A stretch of 32,000 nt of DNA from Candidatus Heimdallarchaeota archaeon B3_Heim (lineage in GTDB: Archaea; Asgardarchaeota; Heimdallarchaeia; Hodarchaeales; Hodarchaeaceae), in the NCBI GenBank assembly GCA_003144275.1, contig NJBF01000030.1, forward strand, positions 25,586 to 57,585. Direction: 5' to 3'. The notes under the pieces were generated by a model. That model did no database searches. It saw nothing but the letters and a program-made list of their open reading frames with translations, and was not told the origin of the DNA. Positions 27,982-32,000 of this stretch are shown here, piece by piece; positions within the stretch are counted from its first letter, which is position 1, and each line of letters opens with the position of its first letter. A program made the position numbers and the translations under genes.

Positions 27982-28007
27982 AAAATCAGAATTGAGGAGG
28001 ATAATAC

Positions 28008-29246
28008 ATGGGAGAGCATGAGCAAGAAGAAGAAGTAGAAAGATCTGTAAATGAGTATATGCTGATATTTAAGGCAGGATTTTTAATAATACTTTTAATT
28101 TTCCCAATTATTTATCTTAATACAGAGCCACCTTATTTACATACACTCAAATCAGTATCTATGGAGAGAGTCTATAAATTAGAAATTGATTCATTGAATG
28201 ATTTCTCATATATATTAATCCCTATTGGGAGATTAAGTGGTTACAATACACGCCAAATAAGGATGTATTTAGAAACTGAAAATACATCGATTTTAGGATT
28301 ACAATGGGATTCAAATTTATATACTCCTTATTCAGGTGTTCAAGAGGTACAAGACGAAACAGGAACACCTTGGTTAAATATCAGTAAAGAATATCTCATT
28401 ATGCAGGGTAAAAACGCAAATGTGAAATTAACAATTCGTGTAAAATCTAGAAACCACAATCAAAGTTATAAATATCAAGCATATAATGTTAATGAGTCTA
28501 AATGGATTCTACCGACTAAATATATCGATAATAATCATACAAAGATACTAAATGTCGCATTGGATTTAAATAAATCAGGGAGAACAAGATTAGAATTAAT
28601 AAAAGATATTTTAAGCTTTGTACAAAAAAATATATTTTATAAGGACGCCAATACAAGTTTTGGGTATAATGAAACTTTTTATGGTGAAACGGGAGGAAGG
28701 GCATCAGATACACTTGAAAGAGGATATGGAGTCTGCAGACATTATTCAAGATTGTTTGTAGCATTATGTAGAGCATTAGGAATACCTGCAAGATATGTGT
28801 CTGGTTATTTAATAAATCTGGGTGAAGTGAAAGCTGAAAGTCATGCATGGGCAGAATTCTTGGATGAAGAGCAATACTGGCACATGGTGGAACCACAAAG
28901 TCCATATCAAACATATAATTCTTTACTCTATTTTAACACTGTTCATGGACCCTTTCAACCAGGATCTTTAGCTGAAGAATCTTTTTTTAGTGACGAGTCT
29001 GTAATAATTTCTTTTAATGATGAAGATGAACTAGATATGATTGATGCCTTTCTGGAAAAGTATGACGAATCTTGGCAAAGGAATGATAATTATTATCTCT
29101 TCACAACGGGACTCATACTCTCTGGGTATTTGATTCTAGTTTTAATGAGTAAAAATATCCAGAAAATTTCACACAAGACAGAAATGTATAAATTAACAAA
29201 TTTTGAAGGAAATAAGACAAATGAAAGCAAACCTAGAAAAAGATGA
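28008..29246 (+). CDS. Membrane-anchored transglutaminase-like (Transglut_core) protein
   Basis: GVCRHYSRLFVALCRALGIPARYVSGY and HAWAEF...WHMVEP. N-terminal and C-terminal TM helices. GAGGAGGA SD. Confidence 0.88.
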   Translation: MGEHEQEEEVERSVNEYMLIFKAGFLIILLIFPIIYLNTEPPYLHTLKSVSMERVYKLEIDSLNDFSYILIPIGRLSGYNTRQIRMYLETENTSILGLQWDSNLYTPYSGVQEVQDETGTPWLNISKEYLIMQGKNANVKLTIRVKSRNHNQSYKYQAYNVNESKWILPTKYIDNNHTKILNVALDLNKSGRTRLELIKDILSFVQKNIFYKDANTSFGYNETFYGETGGRASDTLERGYGVCRHYSRLFVALCRALGIPARYVSGYLINLGEVKAESHAWAEFLDEEQYWHMVEPQSPYQTYNSLLYFNTVHGPFQPGSLAEESFFSDESVIISFNDEDELDMIDAFLEKYDESWQRNDNYYLFTTGLILSGYLILVLMSKNIQKISHKTEMYKLTNFEGNKTNESKPRKR

Positions 29247-29646
29247 TAAACGAAGAAAAGTTGAAGATATATTAAATATGCTTAATAAAAATAGTATTTC
29301 AAAGAAATACTGCAGAACAAAGGATGTAAAAAAGACAACGGAATATATTTCCCAATATCTAGACATTCCTGATGAAGTCCTTCGAAAAATCGTCAAGGAA
29401 GAATCGGAGTTAGAAATGATCATGAAAAGGTTTCTTTATATTGTTATTGGTATTATTCTAGGATCTATAACTGTTTATACTGATTCAGATTTCCTTACAT
29501 CTATAATCTATATTTTTACTCTGTCTTGGTTTTTATTTTTACCAGTTATCTTTATCTACATGATAATGCGGCATAATAGGATAAACCGAATAATATTAGC
29601 TGAATGGGTAATATTTAATCGCAACAAACCATTATTTGATAATTGA
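29221..29646 (+). CDS. Hypothetical protein with two C-terminal TM helices
   Basis: The ORF track starts at TTG 29203; ATG 29221 is more likely. TMs FLYIVIGIILGSI and IIYIFTLSWFLFLPVIFIY. Confidence 0.65.
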   Translation: MKANLEKDDKRRKVEDILNMLNKNSISKKYCRTKDVKKTTEYISQYLDIPDEVLRKIVKEESELEMIMKRFLYIVIGIILGSITVYTDSDFLTSIIYIFTLSWFLFLPVIFIYMIMRHNRINRIILAEWVIFNRNKPLFDN

Positions 29647-29864
29647 ATAGCTCTAAAAGGAAATGTAGTTCTTATTACATCATTGATTAAATTAGTTGAA
29701 AAAATTATAATTTTCATAAAAAAAGATAGAATTAGGAAGTTTCCAATTTAATTTCTATATAATAGATGTGCAATAACCAACGCTTTCTGTCATATTATTT
29801 AATTAATTTTTAGGTTTAATCAACGCTCTCTAACATTTAACTAATTATCGGAGATTACTGAAGA

Positions 29865-31781
29865 ATGAATGGATTAAATACAAAATTTCTGTCAAAAAAT
29901 CTTTTTGTTCAAGCAACTGAATGTCCTACAAAAATATTCTATGCATCAAATCCTGCTTATGTTGACAAAACTGAAGAAAATGAATTTTATCTAGCCTTAC
30001 AAGAGGGAGGGTTTCAAGTCGAAGAATTAGCGAGACTGTATCATCCAAATGGCCACAACCTACATATCCCAGATCGAACGCGAGCAATTGAAGAAACAGA
30101 AAGAATTTTACTACAAGCTTCTGATATTACTTTATATGAAGCTTCAGTTGTTTATAATAACTGTTTTGCACGAATTGACATCTTAATAAAGGAGGGAAAT
30201 AAGCTAGATTTGATTGAAGTAAAATCAAAATCCATTGATTCCACAGATTATTCATTTCTTACAAAAAAAGGGTTTATCAGATCTAATTGGAAAAGATACC
30301 TTTATGATGTGGCTTTTCAAACATATGTTCTTTCTAGGGCTTATCCACAATTTACTGTTACTCCATATCTTATGTTAGCAGATACATCTAAACCAGCTAC
30401 AATTGATGGTTTGAATCAACTTATCAAAATTAATCGTGATGAACATAATCGCATCTTAATTACCCATGCTATTCCTAATATTAAGAAGGAGGATCTAGGA
30501 GAAGCAATTCTCATGAAAATACCTGTTCAGAAATTTGTTGATTTGATCTGGAAAGGAAAAGATATTGATCAATCAAAGAAATCTGAAGAGGAATTAAAAG
30601 ACTTTTTTCAAAGGATCCAAGAGTATTCGGCTTATTGTACAGAGAATAAGAGGTATCCAATTACTATTGGGGTAAAATGCAAGAATTGTGAATATAGAGT
30701 CCCAATAAGTAATTTACACTCTAATGAGAGGAGTGGATTTGTAGAATGTTGGAAGGATGTGTTAAATTGGAAGGAGGAACAATTTTCTAAACCACACTTA
30801 TTTGATCTCTGGAACTTTCGTAAAACTCAGGCGCTAATTGATGAGGGTATCTATTTTCTTGAAGAAATAAATTTTGATAGTGTTAAGCTAAATCCACGTC
30901 AGAAGCTACAAATCCAACAAACTGTATTCAATCCTGAACAGAAAGAATATATTAATGCGAAAATATCTGAAAGATTGCAGAAATTTAACTACCCCCTGCA
31001 TTTCATTGATTTCGAAACCACAAGAGTCGCTCTACCTTTTAATAAGGGAAGAAAACCGTATGAATTGATAGCATTTCAGTTTTCAATACATTCTCTAAAA
31101 AAGGATGGTGAGCTCAATCATTCTGCTGAATGGATTAATGAAGGTACAGGAGTTTTCCCAAACTACGAATTTGTTAGACAATTAAAGAAGAGCTTATCCC
31201 AAGATAATGGCACCATATTTCGCTATAGTCATTACGAAAACACAGTTCTTAACACAATTTATGATCAATTAGATAAAGATAAAGAAACTACTCCAGATGC
31301 TATTGAATTAATGGAATGGATACGATCGATAACTGAATGGAAAGAGGATAATGTAAAAAATTATGGAAATAGAAACATGGTCGATATGCTTGATTTAGTA
31401 AAATCTTATTACTATCATCCTTTAATGAAAGGATCAAACAGTATTAAAGAGGTTTTACGATCAGTTGTTAACGCAAGTGGATTTTTGAAGCAGAAGTACA
31501 CACAACCATATTACGGTACTAATTTTCCAGAAGGTATAATATGGATCAAGGAAGATGAAACCTCTGATCATTACAAAAATCCATATACGCTATTACCACC
31601 CATCGGTGAAGATATCATTGAGATCAAGGAGGGTGGAGCAGCTATGACAGCCTACGGAAAACTCCAATTTACAGATATTTCAGAACAAGAAAGGAAAGAA
31701 ATTGTAAATGGTCTACTAAGATATTGTGAATTAGATACACTGGCAATGGCAATGATTTATGAACATTGGATGAATAACTAA
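29865..31781 (+). CDS. DUF2779-type protein: Cas4/RecB-like nuclease fused to an RNase-H-like 3'-5' exonuclease domain
   Basis: ARIDIL...LIEVKS nuclease motif and cysteines in ECPTK, CKNC and ECW. C-terminal HFIDFET, QFSIH, YSHYE, DML and YCELDTLAM. Confidence 0.85.
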   Translation: MNGLNTKFLSKNLFVQATECPTKIFYASNPAYVDKTEENEFYLALQEGGFQVEELARLYHPNGHNLHIPDRTRAIEETERILLQASDITLYEASVVYNNCFARIDILIKEGNKLDLIEVKSKSIDSTDYSFLTKKGFIRSNWKRYLYDVAFQTYVLSRAYPQFTVTPYLMLADTSKPATIDGLNQLIKINRDEHNRILITHAIPNIKKEDLGEAILMKIPVQKFVDLIWKGKDIDQSKKSEEELKDFFQRIQEYSAYCTENKRYPITIGVKCKNCEYRVPISNLHSNERSGFVECWKDVLNWKEEQFSKPHLFDLWNFRKTQALIDEGIYFLEEINFDSVKLNPRQKLQIQQTVFNPEQKEYINAKISERLQKFNYPLHFIDFETTRVALPFNKGRKPYELIAFQFSIHSLKKDGELNHSAEWINEGTGVFPNYEFVRQLKKSLSQDNGTIFRYSHYENTVLNTIYDQLDKDKETTPDAIELMEWIRSITEWKEDNVKNYGNRNMVDMLDLVKSYYYHPLMKGSNSIKEVLRSVVNASGFLKQKYTQPYYGTNFPEGIIWIKEDETSDHYKNPYTLLPPIGEDIIEIKEGGAAMTAYGKLQFTDISEQERKEIVNGLLRYCELDTLAMAMIYEHWMNN

Positions 31782-32000
31782 GCTATTTTAGAAAAAATTG
31801 CACATTGCACTTTTATCTATATTGAATATATTTCTAAAAAACTGTATTGCTTCCTTGCACCTAAGTTGTTTATGTCGTAAAAGTCTGGTTTATATTACAA
31901 AAGTATAATACAACAGAAATTAAATACCTTCAATCATTCCCTGCTTCACATTCTACAAAAAATGAAGACTTGTTATTAGTTCACGAGTATCAACAAAATG

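Noticed and set aside
25338-29423. ORFs 25338-25526, 26366-26614, 26760-26990, 27241-27477, 28516-28914 and 29193-29423
   Set aside because: Overlap nuclease, transposase or transglutaminase genes, antisense or out of frame, without motifs.
31782-32000. Palindrome TATATT-G-AATATA and TTGCAC tandem as a right-hand att site
   Set aside because: No matching copy was found near the integrase; these are low-complexity AT-rich motifs.

Overview
AT-rich archaeal window, most consistent with an Asgard (Heimdallarchaeia/Hodarchaeales-like) genome. The evidence is an archaea-type GatE, an HMf-like histone fold, an Asgard-type longin domain, SerK and a CTERM-anchored surface protein; the taxon is inferred, not database-checked. 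Positions 1 to about 17.9 kb look like chromosomal backbone: partial gatE, a histone-fold/longin fusion, an N6-adenine methyltransferase, a PAS-PAS histidine kinase with a HEAT-like tail, ZupT, a nucleotidyltransferase, an ECF transporter whose S-component carries a molybdopterin-oxidoreductase-like domain, serK, and an intein-containing thyX. From about 17.9 kb to the window end the content resembles an integrated element or defence island: an RHH regulator coupled to a tyrosine integrase, a secreted surface protein, four helically phased repeats before a second RHH gene, PD-(D/E)xK nucleases, an RHH/Cys-rich protein, an IS701-like transposase, a membrane transglutaminase-like protein and a DUF2779 nuclease. 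The top candidates for new biology are the histone-longin fusion, the ECF S-component fusion and the phased repeat array. No tRNA, rRNA or CRISPR array was seen.
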